A DNA stretch of 64,000 nt, from the IMG/VR virus record IMGVR_UViG_3300035703_000010, positions 124,001 to 188,000 of that record. One strand, given 5' to 3'. Position 1 is the first letter of the stretch. Each line of letters begins with the position of its first letter. The notes below the pieces were generated by a model. The model did not search any database and was not told the DNA's origin. It saw only the letters and a program-made list of their open reading frames with translations. The translations under genes were made by a program, and so were the position numbers. Of the stretch, positions 44,532 to 53,327 are shown in pieces.

Positions 44532-44711
44532 ATGTCACAAGACAACGACAACGAAGATCTTACTTTCACATTTGATAAATTCATGGATGATATCTTGATA
44601 AAAGAATCTGCACAAAAGCCAGTTCTTTTAGAAGAAACTCCATCACGCAAGTACGTAAAGCGTTACATTGAAAAAGCAGCGAATAGAATCAAATACACAA
44701 AGGTGACGTGA
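44532..44711 (+). CDS. Small hypothetical protein, 59 aa (not in ORF track)
   Basis: MSQDNDNEDLTFTFDKFMDDILIKES...; RBS AAGGAG; its stop overlaps the next start. Confidence 0.6.
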   Translation: MSQDNDNEDLTFTFDKFMDDILIKESAQKPVLLEETPSRKYVKRYIEKAANRIKYTKVT

Positions 44712-45205
44712 TGTTGAAACGTGATGTGATTACAACTAAAATAGATTTAAAAGATTTTTTAAGCGGTGTAATTAAAGAATCTCTTCATTCAACGAAAAAA
44801 GTGATCAAAGAAGATGAAGAGAAAGAAGCTTTAAAAACTGGCGATGTGTCCGTAGAAGAAGTCATTGATAAGCTAAATACAATTAGAGCTGGAAAGTCTT
44901 TTAAAAGTGAAGAGATAAAATCTGCGATGGAATCTTATTTAAATGATTTAAATTCTGCAGAGAAAACAGCTTTATTTGCATTTCTAAAAGGAATTTCTCA
45001 AGTTGTTGGTGGCGAGGTTGAAGGAAGCAAAGCCGTAGAACCTCAAGATTCACCAGCAAATGTAAAAATGGAAAAGAAACCGTCTTCACAGAAAGTTACA
45101 GTTAAGCCAGTCGTAATTAAGAAACCAGAAGCGCAACCAGGTTCTGGCGCGAAAGGCAAAGAAGATACGACTCCTCCTGTGCCTATTGCACCCAAGAAAA
45201 AGTAA
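44708..45205 (+). CDS. Hypothetical protein with 'LKDFLSGVIKES' helix and a Pro/Lys-rich tail
   Basis: ORF in the operon. Confidence 0.6.
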   Translation: MMLKRDVITTKIDLKDFLSGVIKESLHSTKKVIKEDEEKEALKTGDVSVEEVIDKLNTIRAGKSFKSEEIKSAMESYLNDLNSAEKTALFAFLKGISQVVGGEVEGSKAVEPQDSPANVKMEKKPSSQKVTVKPVVIKKPEAQPGSGAKGKEDTTPPVPIAPKKK

Positions 45206-45227
45206 AGTCTAATAAACTTGGTGTATA

Positions 45228-45422
45228 TTGTTATACATGAATACCGATAGCACCAAGTTTATTAAACTTCCTAATGGAAACACGTTAGAAGTTTCTATTT
45301 TTCCAGGTTTTTTAGAAAAAGTTAAAGAACATTTTTCTTTGAGTAATGTCGAAGAAGTCAATGATGATCATGTTAGAATGTATATTTATGGTGCATTTAA
45401 AAGCGCATTAGATAAGCAATAG
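45228..45422 (+). CDS. Small hypothetical protein
   Basis: 64-aa ORF filling the gap, with native-looking composition. Confidence 0.55.
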   Translation: MLYMNTDSTKFIKLPNGNTLEVSIFPGFLEKVKEHFSLSNVEEVNDDHVRMYIYGAFKSALDKQ

Positions 45423-45442
45423 CATGAAAGGAATCATTATAC

Positions 45443-45730
45443 ATGACCACTCCGATGTTGCAAGAGCTGATAAAACTTATTATCTTACAAGAATCTCGGA
45501 TTAGAGAAGCTGAAATAACTGGTGATCGCAAGGTTCCATGGGGATCTGAAGATCACGTTTCTGACTTAGAGAATCGCTGCGCAAATGTTGAGTATTGGAG
45601 AAATAAGTACCCAAGAGGTTCTGCAAAAAGAGATCATTACGGTACAGTTCTCAAACACCTAAAAAATGAATTAAAATCTGCAAAGAAAGCTGCGCAACAT
45701 AGACAACTTCACGAAAAAGAAGAGGAATAA
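45443..45730 (+). CDS. Hypothetical protein with 'LQELIKLIILQE' N-terminus
   Basis: ORF in the operon. Confidence 0.55.
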   Translation: MTTPMLQELIKLIILQESRIREAEITGDRKVPWGSEDHVSDLENRCANVEYWRNKYPRGSAKRDHYGTVLKHLKNELKSAKKAAQHRQLHEKEEE

Positions 45731-45733
45731 ATC

Positions 45734-46966
45734 ATGGGTGGTGCCGTTGGGCATTTGCAGCACTTGTATGACGATCGTAATCTCACATTCGATGAGATAC
45801 AAGACATTCTTACTTCTGCCGCTACAGGCAAGCTTGAAAAAGTTTCAGAAAAGTTAGATGGATTAAACCTAGTTTTTTCTTGGGATGTTTCTTCAAATCT
45901 TTTAAAGGTTGCTAGGGCGGGAGGAGACATCAAGCGTGGAGGAATGGATGCAAAAGCATTAGCTTCTAAGTTTGCTGGAAGGGGTAATCTTACAGAGGCT
46001 TTTACTTTTGCATTTCATGTTCTAAATGAATCTCTTGTTGGATTGCCAAAAAAAGTAAAGTTGAAAATTTTTGGACCTCGCTCCAACAGATGGTATTCTG
46101 TTGAGATCATTTATGCAGCCAATCCTAACGTCATCAATTACAATTCTAACAACGTAGTGTTTCACAGATGGCCTGTATTTTCTGTTAGCAAAAGCGGAAA
46201 AGTGCAGATGACCACTGATGACCTTGGTGGCTTTGACCTTTTGACAAAACATATTGATAGAATGCAAAAGTCTATCAGCATGAAGGATTGGAACATTCAA
46301 GGTCCAACTTCTGTCAAACTTAAAAACTTTTCCAACTTAGCTTTTTTAAATAATGTTCTTGTAAAGATTAAAGATGAGTTATCTACGGTGGGATTATCAG
46401 GTAATTCTACGATTAGAGAATATCTAGGAGAAAAGATTAGACGTGATGCGGAACGTCTAAATCTTCAGCCTCACGTCGTTGGTATGTTGATTGAACGATG
46501 TCTTGCAGAACCTGGTTCTCCGACCCTTGTTCAAATTAAAAAAAATGCTAATAAATCAGACCATGATACAATCAACGATTTTGTTCGTAATTCTCTTGAA
46601 AGGATGAAGAGTTACGTGTTGCCAATTGAATTGGCTATCAACGATTTTGCTATTGAGCTTTTAAAAGGCCTTGAGTCAACGTTCGTTAATAACGCTGAAG
46701 AAGAAGTGTTACGACTACGTAATCAAGTTGCAAAAGCGATTTCTACTATCGAATCATCTGGTGATGAAACAGCCATGAGTATTTTAAAAAACCAGATGAA
46801 TAAATTGAAGTCGTTGGAAAATATCACATCACCAGTTGAGGGTGTAGTATTCATCTATAAAGGTAATGCATACAAATTTACAGGAAGTTTTAGTTCAGCG
46901 AATCAGATTTTAGGTCTATTCAAATATGGAAGAAAAGGTTCAGTCTTAAACCCTGAATCAATCTAA
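45734..46966 (+). CDS. RNA/DNA-ligase-like nucleotidyltransferase of large phages
   Basis: N-terminus MGGAVGHLQH, motif I EKLDG, and C-terminal EGVVF...YKFTG (ligase motifs IV/V-like). Confidence 0.6.
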   Translation: MGGAVGHLQHLYDDRNLTFDEIQDILTSAATGKLEKVSEKLDGLNLVFSWDVSSNLLKVARAGGDIKRGGMDAKALASKFAGRGNLTEAFTFAFHVLNESLVGLPKKVKLKIFGPRSNRWYSVEIIYAANPNVINYNSNNVVFHRWPVFSVSKSGKVQMTTDDLGGFDLLTKHIDRMQKSISMKDWNIQGPTSVKLKNFSNLAFLNNVLVKIKDELSTVGLSGNSTIREYLGEKIRRDAERLNLQPHVVGMLIERCLAEPGSPTLVQIKKNANKSDHDTINDFVRNSLERMKSYVLPIELAINDFAIELLKGLESTFVNNAEEEVLRLRNQVAKAISTIESSGDETAMSILKNQMNKLKSLENITSPVEGVVFIYKGNAYKFTGSFSSANQILGLFKYGRKGSVLNPESI

Positions 46967-46970
46967 AATG

Positions 46971-47951
46971 TCATCCCCAGGTTTCTTTCCCTGATCGTCC
47001 TTTAACAGGTACTTTAAACTTTGGTTTGCCTTGCGATATCCTGCTGAATTTTATTTTGTCTTTATACGGGCTTTTAATCATCATAAATCCTTCAGGGGTG
47101 ACTAAAATGATGCCTGTTAAATCAAATACATCTTCTGCTAAAATAGTTTTTTCCCATTGAGACTTTAAAATATCTGGATTTGAAAAAACAGGACTGTTTA
47201 GTATTGATAGAGCTGCAGCTATGCTTGAAACGTCGCCTAGTTTACTTGAAGCTTCATCTTCATCGATGCCTAACAATCTAAGTATTTTCAACATGTTCGT
47301 TGGAGCAACTTTATATGTTTTATCGTTTATTTTGACATTCATCACTTTGCTTTCTGCAATTTTGATTATGCTTGAAGCGGCCATAATGATTTTCATAATG
47401 TCATTGAAACGTGCAGCAGTTATCTCTCCGCTTTGTAACAAATCATAATTGCTTTTACCTGATTTTGTGACGGCGTCTTTCATAAAAGACACAATTTGAT
47501 TGTATTCTGATGACATTCCGTTACTTTTTACAATTTCTTCAATGCCTGGAAAATCTATGAATTCTTGTAATTCATCAAACGCTATTCTTAGAGTCTTATT
47601 TATAGCACCTACAGCTAGATTTCCTTCCGTACCAGGTCTAATTTCGCTGTCTTTATCAGGGGCTTTTACTTCCCATTTTCCGCTGAATGGACCATCTGGG
47701 ATGTCTAAATCATATGATTCTGATTGACCTTGTACTTTTCCGCCTAAAATATCAGCTAGGCGATTTTCACCTGGTCCAACGCCTGTTTCTCCACTCAGCG
47801 GAACATCACTAGGAAAATCAACCCATTTATTTAATTCATCAAATTTAGGAGCATTATTAGGAGACTGTTCAGTTAATTTTTTTTCGAAGATCATCTTAGA
47901 CAGCTCTTCATTTATTATGCTTCGTAATTCTTTAATACGCATCTTCATCAT
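46971..47951 (-). CDS. PD-(D/E)xK nuclease-like protein with 'IKELRSIINEE' N-terminus
   Basis: GVGPGE..L...GG...YDLDI...WEVK; upstream ATAATTA. Confidence 0.55.
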   Translation of the reverse strand: MMKMRIKELRSIINEELSKMIFEKKLTEQSPNNAPKFDELNKWVDFPSDVPLSGETGVGPGENRLADILGGKVQGQSESYDLDIPDGPFSGKWEVKAPDKDSEIRPGTEGNLAVGAINKTLRIAFDELQEFIDFPGIEEIVKSNGMSSEYNQIVSFMKDAVTKSGKSNYDLLQSGEITAARFNDIMKIIMAASSIIKIAESKVMNVKINDKTYKVAPTNMLKILRLLGIDEDEASSKLGDVSSIAAALSILNSPVFSNPDILKSQWEKTILAEDVFDLTGIILVTPEGFMMIKSPYKDKIKFSRISQGKPKFKVPVKGRSGKETWG

Positions 47952-48018
47952 CTTAATTATACTTCTTGCTTGAGTACGACACTGCGTATTTTCGATAAAA
48001 TAGGAATATTTTGACTTC

Positions 48019-48897
48019 CTACTTTACTTCAGGATCGCTACAACATCTAAATCCTTGCTGGTAAAACGTGTGTAATTCTCCATGAGTTCTAATTGAACTT
48101 CTACATTGGGCTTTGGTACCAGACCAATATCCTCCTTTTAATATCGACCGGTATTTGTTTGAAATTGACGTCACAGTCCATTCTTCAACGTTTCCTATCA
48201 TGTCATGAACGTTGAATGGGCTTGCACACTTAGTTCGTGATCCTGAAAGATACCCTTGCCATAAGTGGTTTAACTCTATGCCACTTTTCATCGTTCCCCT
48301 TGGGAACATTAATCTATTATCATAAGCCTTCCATGGTTTGTCGATATTGCAACTTTCAGCATCTCGAATGTATCCATTCGGAAAAGGTAACATTTCTTCA
48401 CCTTCGCATGCAAATGTCCATTCGTCTTCTGAACACAATCTTTTTCCTTTTAATTCGCACAATTCTTTTGATTCTTCCCATGTTGTCATAACCCATGGCG
48501 CTGCACCGTCACGGTTTGGCCATTCGTATGGGTCGATACAAAAATGCATATCTTTTCTAGGAAGATCTTTTTTTATTTTTTCCCATTTTGCTTGATCAAA
48601 TTCAAGACAATATTCTTTTTTTTCTGACCATTTTTTACATGTAGATTTTTGCAAATTTTCTATATTGTCATATGAAAATGGATTGGAATCACGGGTTATT
48701 CCCATTTTTCCTTTAATTTCTATCATATCATTTCCAGGACAATTTTGTGAACCTTCATGAACAATTCCTGGATCTTTTTCAGCAATCCAGTATTTCTTAT
48801 CGATAAACTTCCAATTTATAATGTTTGATTCGATTCGAGGGCAGTTTTCTGTGCATTCTGCAAATAGAAGTTGTGATAGAACAATAACAAAATTCAT
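48019..48897 (-). CDS. Formylglycine-generating-enzyme (FGE-sulfatase/SUMF1) fold protein, exported
   Basis: FCIDPYEWP, RLCSEDEWTFAC, DMIGNVEEW, LKGGYW, GFRCC; hydrophobic N-terminus. Confidence 0.88.
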   Translation of the reverse strand: MNFVIVLSQLLFAECTENCPRIESNIINWKFIDKKYWIAEKDPGIVHEGSQNCPGNDMIEIKGKMGITRDSNPFSYDNIENLQKSTCKKWSEKKEYCLEFDQAKWEKIKKDLPRKDMHFCIDPYEWPNRDGAAPWVMTTWEESKELCELKGKRLCSEDEWTFACEGEEMLPFPNGYIRDAESCNIDKPWKAYDNRLMFPRGTMKSGIELNHLWQGYLSGSRTKCASPFNVHDMIGNVEEWTVTSISNKYRSILKGGYWSGTKAQCRSSIRTHGELHTFYQQGFRCCSDPEVK

Positions 48898-48901
48898 AGC
48901 T

Positions 48902-49159
48902 TTATTTTTTTACGTTATCGACCATACTGTACGGCACCCATCCCATTTCAGAATTACCTGTTAGGATTTTTATCCAAACTTGTGCGCCATGCCCTAGTCG
49001 TGATTCAATAATTATACCAATTTGGCCAGGTTCTAAATTTTCTATTCTAGAAAAAACGTATCCTGGTCCTATTCTCAGGACAACAGGAAATTTTCTTTTA
49101 GGTAAGATTACGATTAAGTCGCCTATGTCAAATTTTTTATCAAAAGATTCATCATTCAC
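48902..49159 (-). CDS. Small SH3/KOW-like protein
   Basis: FDIGDLIV...GIIIE...KILT....GWV. Confidence 0.55.
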   Translation of the reverse strand: MNDESFDKKFDIGDLIVILPKRKFPVVLRIGPGYVFSRIENLEPGQIGIIIESRLGHGAQVWIKILTGNSEMGWVPYSMVDNVKK

Positions 49160-49719
49160 ATTATAATTTCATCTACACAACCCCACTTTAGGGAGTCTTT
49201 AGCACTTAAATACCAGTCTTTCTTTTTGTTGTAGACTTTTTGTAGTTTTTCTTTAGTAATTTTTGTGCTTTCTAATGTCATCTCTTCAATTTTCTTTTGA
49301 AGTCGTTTTGTTTCAATGACATCCTCTTCTATTTCCTTTAGCTTCCCCCAGGCGGCAGAGCTAACTTGATGATACATCATTGTACCATGTTTATGAATAG
49401 AACGATGGTCACCATGGATCGCTATCATAAATCCGCAAGACATAGCGCAACCAGTCACCACGGTGTTAACAGGTGTTCCTTTATCTTTCATAATTGAAAG
49501 AAGTCCAAAGCATTGATAAACAGCCCCACCATATGAATCGATGTGAATTACGATGGGCTTTGGTTCATAAGATATTCCGTATATTGGATAAAACTTTTTT
49601 AGAAATTCGTCATGTTGCCTGATTTCTAAAATGCTTTTTGAAAGTTGATTCATCGAATCTTGATCGACTTGTTGCGCAAGGAAAAGACTGCGTGGAAATG
49701 GTTTTTCTAAATCAGCCAT
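49156..49719 (-). CDS. clpP: ClpP-like serine protease subunit
   Basis: IHIDSYGG, AMSCG (Ser), MYHQ (His), DWYLSAKDSLKWGCVDEI. Confidence 0.85.
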   Translation of the reverse strand: MADLEKPFPRSLFLAQQVDQDSMNQLSKSILEIRQHDEFLKKFYPIYGISYEPKPIVIHIDSYGGAVYQCFGLLSIMKDKGTPVNTVVTGCAMSCGFMIAIHGDHRSIHKHGTMMYHQVSSAAWGKLKEIEEDVIETKRLQKKIEEMTLESTKITKEKLQKVYNKKKDWYLSAKDSLKWGCVDEIIM

Positions 49720-49756
49720 AATAAAATAACGTACTATACTATTTGATAGTTGTATA

Positions 49757-50047
49757 TTACGCTATTAAGCTGCTAAGGTATTTTGCACTAACCCAGCCTA
49801 CTATGTTTCTTTCAGTGCATATCTTTGCGCCGACGGATCCTTTTAAGGGGCTATAAATTTCTAAAAGAACAGCAATTTCATTTTTATTAAATTTGCCAAT
49901 AATTTTAGGCCAAAAATTTTCAAATAATTCTTCATGGCCTTCCCAAGTTTCCCAGATGGCTAATCCATTAGGCTGTCCAAAATCGACTAGAACGACAAGA
50001 TCGCCTGGATTTAATAGATTTTCGTTTATTGAATTAAACTTCTTTAT
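49757..50047 (-). CDS. SH3-like 96-aa ORF lacking an ATG/GTG/TTG start (not in ORF track)
   Basis: Translated by hand: IKKFNSINENLLNPGDLVVL...GWVSAKYLSSLIA*. Similar layout to 48902..49159. Confidence 0.5.
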   Translation of the reverse strand: MKKFNSINENLLNPGDLVVLVDFGQPNGLAIWETWEGHEELFENFWPKIIGKFNKNEIAVLLEIYSPLKGSVGAKICTERNIVGWVSAKYLSSLIA

Positions 50048-50210
50048 ATTCTTCTATTTCCTTATCTTGTTCTAGGTTGTCTAATTCTATGATTAATTTA
50101 ATTAATTCTTGAACTTCTTGAGAACAGTCTTTGCCAATACTTCGCAAGTGTCGAATGAGATCATTTAATTGATTGATCTCTTCGACAAGAGATTCGCGTT
50201 TGCTCGTCAT
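50034..50210 (-). CDS. Small helical hypothetical protein, 58 aa (not in ORF track)
   Basis: MTSKRESLVEEINQLNDLIRHLRSIG...EEYKEV*; RBS-like AGGT upstream. Confidence 0.55.
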   Translation of the reverse strand: MTSKRESLVEEINQLNDLIRHLRSIGKDCSQEVQELIKLIIELDNLEQDKEIEEYKEV

Positions 50211-50416
50211 AACGTTACCTACGCGATTTTAAATATCAAGTAAGTTTGATAAAAACAAAAAATAAAAAAGAGCAAAAAAGTTGCAATGTATAAGATACAT
50301 TATCTTATATGCAGCAATTTGCCCTAGAGATATTAAAAAAAGTTTTAGACTTTTTCTGGAAATTTCTCTTTTTTTCTGGATTTCTTGTTAAGTTTTTTGA
50401 TTTTTTATACCTTTAA

Positions 50417-50668
50417 TCAATCGTCTAAACAAATATTAGAATCAAGTTCATGATACGTTTGATCGCTTTGCAAGATTTCTTGCAGGCTTACTTTTTTAGT
50501 TTCATCTTTAGAAAAGTAGCAAGATCCTTCTTCTAATTCATTAATTTTTTCTTCGAAAAGAGATAATTGATTTTGTGGTTCATCATAAGAAACGTTCTTC
50601 ATTTTAGGAACGTTGGGTAAGATGCAAATTGCGAAAGATGCTACGTATAAAACTTTTAAAATTTGCAT
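50417..50668 (-). CDS. Hypothetical protein with hydrophobic N-terminus
   Basis: Starts 1 nt after the aceA stop. Confidence 0.5.
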   Translation of the reverse strand: MQILKVLYVASFAICILPNVPKMKNVSYDEPQNQLSLFEEKINELEEGSCYFSKDETKKVSLQEILQSDQTYHELDSNICLDD

Positions 50669-50669
50669 A

Positions 50670-51920
50670 TCAACCCTTATTGATAAATTGTTGCATTTCA
50701 GTTGAATGTTCTAACGCTAGAGTTGATGAAGTTCCTCCTGAAATTACTTTTGATACTTCATCAAAGTAACCTGTTCCAACTTCTCTTTGATGCTTTGTTG
50801 CAGTATATCCAAATTCCTCTGAAGCAAATTCAGCTTGTTGCAATTCAGAATAAGCCGCCATACCATGATCGCGATACTTTCTTGCTAACTCAAACATTCC
50901 ATGATTCAATGAATGGAAGCCTGCCAAAGTAACGAATTGGAACTTGTAACCCATAGCGCCAAGTTCTCTCTGAAACTTTGCAATTGTCGTATCATCAAGC
51001 TTCTTCTTCCAGTTGAATGACGGTGAACAATTGTATGCAAGAGGCTTACCTGGGAATTTTGCATGGATGCCTTCTGCAAATGTTTTAGCCTCTTCAAGAT
51101 CTGGTGTTGACGTTTCCATCCAGATCATATCTGCATAAGGCGCGTATGCAAGCCCTCTAGCAATAGAACGCTCCATTCCTGTCCTACATAGGTAATGGAA
51201 TCCTTCTGGAGTTCTCTTTCCAGATTCGATGTAATCGTGATCATATGGATCAACGTCGCTAGTGATAAGATTTGCCGATTCAGCATCTGTTCTAGCAATG
51301 ATAATCGTTGGAACATCCATGACGTCAGCAGCAAGACGAGCTGCAGTTAGTGTGCGAATAAATTGAGATGTTGGGACAAGAACCTTTCCTCCTAAATGAC
51401 CACATTTCTTTTCTGATGCAAGTTGATCTTCCCAATGAACGGCTGCTGCACCTGCTTCAATCATCGCTTTCATTAATTCAAAAGCATTAAGAGGACCTCC
51501 AAAACCAGCTTCTGCATCAGCTACGATAGGAGCCATCCAGTGTTTATCATTATTCGGATTTTCAGCATGATCAATTTGTTCTGCGCGTAACAATGCATTA
51601 TTGATTCTTTTAACGATTGCTGGTACGCTGTTTGCTGGATAAAGACTTTGGTCAGGATATGTGTTTCCAGAAAGATTTGCGTCAGCTGCGACCTGCCACC
51701 CAGATAGATAGATAGCTTCTAGACCTGCTTTAACTTGCTGTACGGCCATAGCTCCAGTCGACGCTCCAAGAGCATTGATATATGGTTTTTCGTTAATTAG
51801 CTTCCATAATCTTTCAGCTCCAAGCCGAGCAATAGTATGTTCTACCTTAGTTTTTCCTCTAAGTTTTTCAACGTCTGCTTGAGTATAAAGTTTTTTAATA
51901 TTCGCAAATCTGTCATCCAT
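50670..51920 (-). CDS. aceA: Isocitrate lyase
   Basis: [67 protein letters not shown]; RBS AGGTGA. Confidence 0.97.
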   Translation of the reverse strand: MDDRFANIKKLYTQADVEKLRGKTKVEHTIARLGAERLWKLINEKPYINALGASTGAMAVQQVKAGLEAIYLSGWQVAADANLSGNTYPDQSLYPANSVPAIVKRINNALLRAEQIDHAENPNNDKHWMAPIVADAEAGFGGPLNAFELMKAMIEAGAAAVHWEDQLASEKKCGHLGGKVLVPTSQFIRTLTAARLAADVMDVPTIIIARTDAESANLITSDVDPYDHDYIESGKRTPEGFHYLCRTGMERSIARGLAYAPYADMIWMETSTPDLEEAKTFAEGIHAKFPGKPLAYNCSPSFNWKKKLDDTTIAKFQRELGAMGYKFQFVTLAGFHSLNHGMFELARKYRDHGMAAYSELQQAEFASEEFGYTATKHQREVGTGYFDEVSKVISGGTSSTLALEHSTEMQQFINKG

Positions 51921-51984
51921 AAGTCACCTATAAAAGAATGTGGGAATAAATCTATCTACTTCATTAAAAGTTTTTACAAGTTTT

Positions 51985-52638
51985 TTAACTTTTTATTAGG
52001 ACTTGACGAACATATTTGCGGATCAATGATTCACCAATAATGTCATTCTTTAATATATCGAATATTTCATTGCCATGTTTTTGAATTGACTTTGGCAAAA
52101 AAGAAATGAATAGTTCTTTATTGTCATTTTCTTCTTCGACATCATCTTCGTCGTCAAATTCATTTTCATCTTCTTCAGCTGCATCTTCTAAGAAATCTCT
52201 CATTTGAGTTCCACTGATGTCAATCGTTTCTTGCCTGCTGATGCCTCTTGGAATAATCTGGCCATTCTTTAATAAATTTGGTGCAGATTCAATTAAGCTT
52301 TTTTCATTATAATTTCTGATGATGTCTTCATCATCAGAATAAATTGTGTACACATCTGTTGATGCTTCAGATTCAGCACGTTCTAATTCATTATAAACTT
52401 TTGCGACAGGAGAAGTACGATCATAATCTGGCGTTACGTTACTAGGTAACGTATCTTGAATATACGTTAACCAAATGTACAGCATCGTATCTCCACTTAT
52501 TCCTATGTCATCTTCTCTTCTATCTGCAGTAGAAACATATAATTTAACTTGATCATTTTCTTTTGCTGCAATTCTAACGAGCATATCATGACCAGCATGG
52601 TATGGTTTTGCAGCCATTGGAACTAAACCTATTTTCAT
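51985..52638 (-). CDS. HIGH-superfamily nucleotidyltransferase (phage cytidylyltransferase-like)
   Basis: KPYHAGH, ISGTQMR; C-terminal IIGESLIRKYVRQVL helix. Confidence 0.75.
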   Translation of the reverse strand: MKIGLVPMAAKPYHAGHDMLVRIAAKENDQVKLYVSTADRREDDIGISGDTMLYIWLTYIQDTLPSNVTPDYDRTSPVAKVYNELERAESEASTDVYTIYSDDEDIIRNYNEKSLIESAPNLLKNGQIIPRGISRQETIDISGTQMRDFLEDAAEEDENEFDDEDDVEEENDNKELFISFLPKSIQKHGNEIFDILKNDIIGESLIRKYVRQVLIKS

Positions 52639-52677
52639 AATCCTATATTTATCCTGAAATAATAATAAGTTTATGTT

Positions 52678-53100
52678 ATGTTAAAAACCGTAATATCATG
52701 CGGAGCAGTTGTTTATAAAAAAGAGGAAGAAAAAACTTACGTTCTTCTTGTAAAACAATCTGGACCGGTTCCTGGGTGGGGAATTCCTAAGGGACATATG
52801 GAACCAGGGGAAACTTACATAAAAACAGCGATTAGAGAAGTAAAAGAAGAGACAGGAGCAGACGTAAAAATTTTGACGAGACTTCCTCACGTCGTTTTAG
52901 AAAAAAGGAACTATAGAAAAATCGTTATTCCTTACTTGGCAATTCAAGCAAAAAATTCAATTCCTCGTTGCGATCATAAAATGAGTGAAGTTGTTGATGT
53001 AAAGTGGTTTGATATCGAAAATCTTCCTCAAATATATTCTTATCAAAAGCCAATCATCGATGCAGCAATGCTTATTTTGGGAGGATACCTCGATGGATAA
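52678..53100 (+). CDS. Nudix hydrolase
   Basis: Nudix box GHMEPGETYIKTAIREVKEETG. Confidence 0.92.
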   Translation: MLKTVISCGAVVYKKEEEKTYVLLVKQSGPVPGWGIPKGHMEPGETYIKTAIREVKEETGADVKILTRLPHVVLEKRNYRKIVIPYLAIQAKNSIPRCDHKMSEVVDVKWFDIENLPQIYSYQKPIIDAAMLILGGYLDG

Positions 53101-53326
53101 AAGAATTTTAGATGAAGCCATTGAAGCTGTGTCTTCATACGTTGGAAAAACAGATAATTGGATTATTATAAAAAAAGAGCTTTTAAAGTCGTTGTCTTCT
53201 CAAGATAGAATGTATTTTTCCACGAGAGACCCTATCACAAAAAAGCAGTCTATGAATGACTTTGAAAAAATTGTGGCAGAAAAATGGTATAAAAAAACAG
53301 GAATACGTCCTATACTTATCGAATGA
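53093..53326 (+). CDS. Small hypothetical protein
   Basis: ATG at 53093 after GGAGG. Confidence 0.55.
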   Translation: MDKRILDEAIEAVSSYVGKTDNWIIIKKELLKSLSSQDRMYFSTRDPITKKQSMNDFEKIVAEKWYKKTGIRPILIE

Positions 53327-53327
53327 A

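Noticed and set aside
48019-48897. Diversity-generating retroelement target
   Set aside because: No second copy of the 3' region (template repeat) and no reverse transcriptase were seen in this window.
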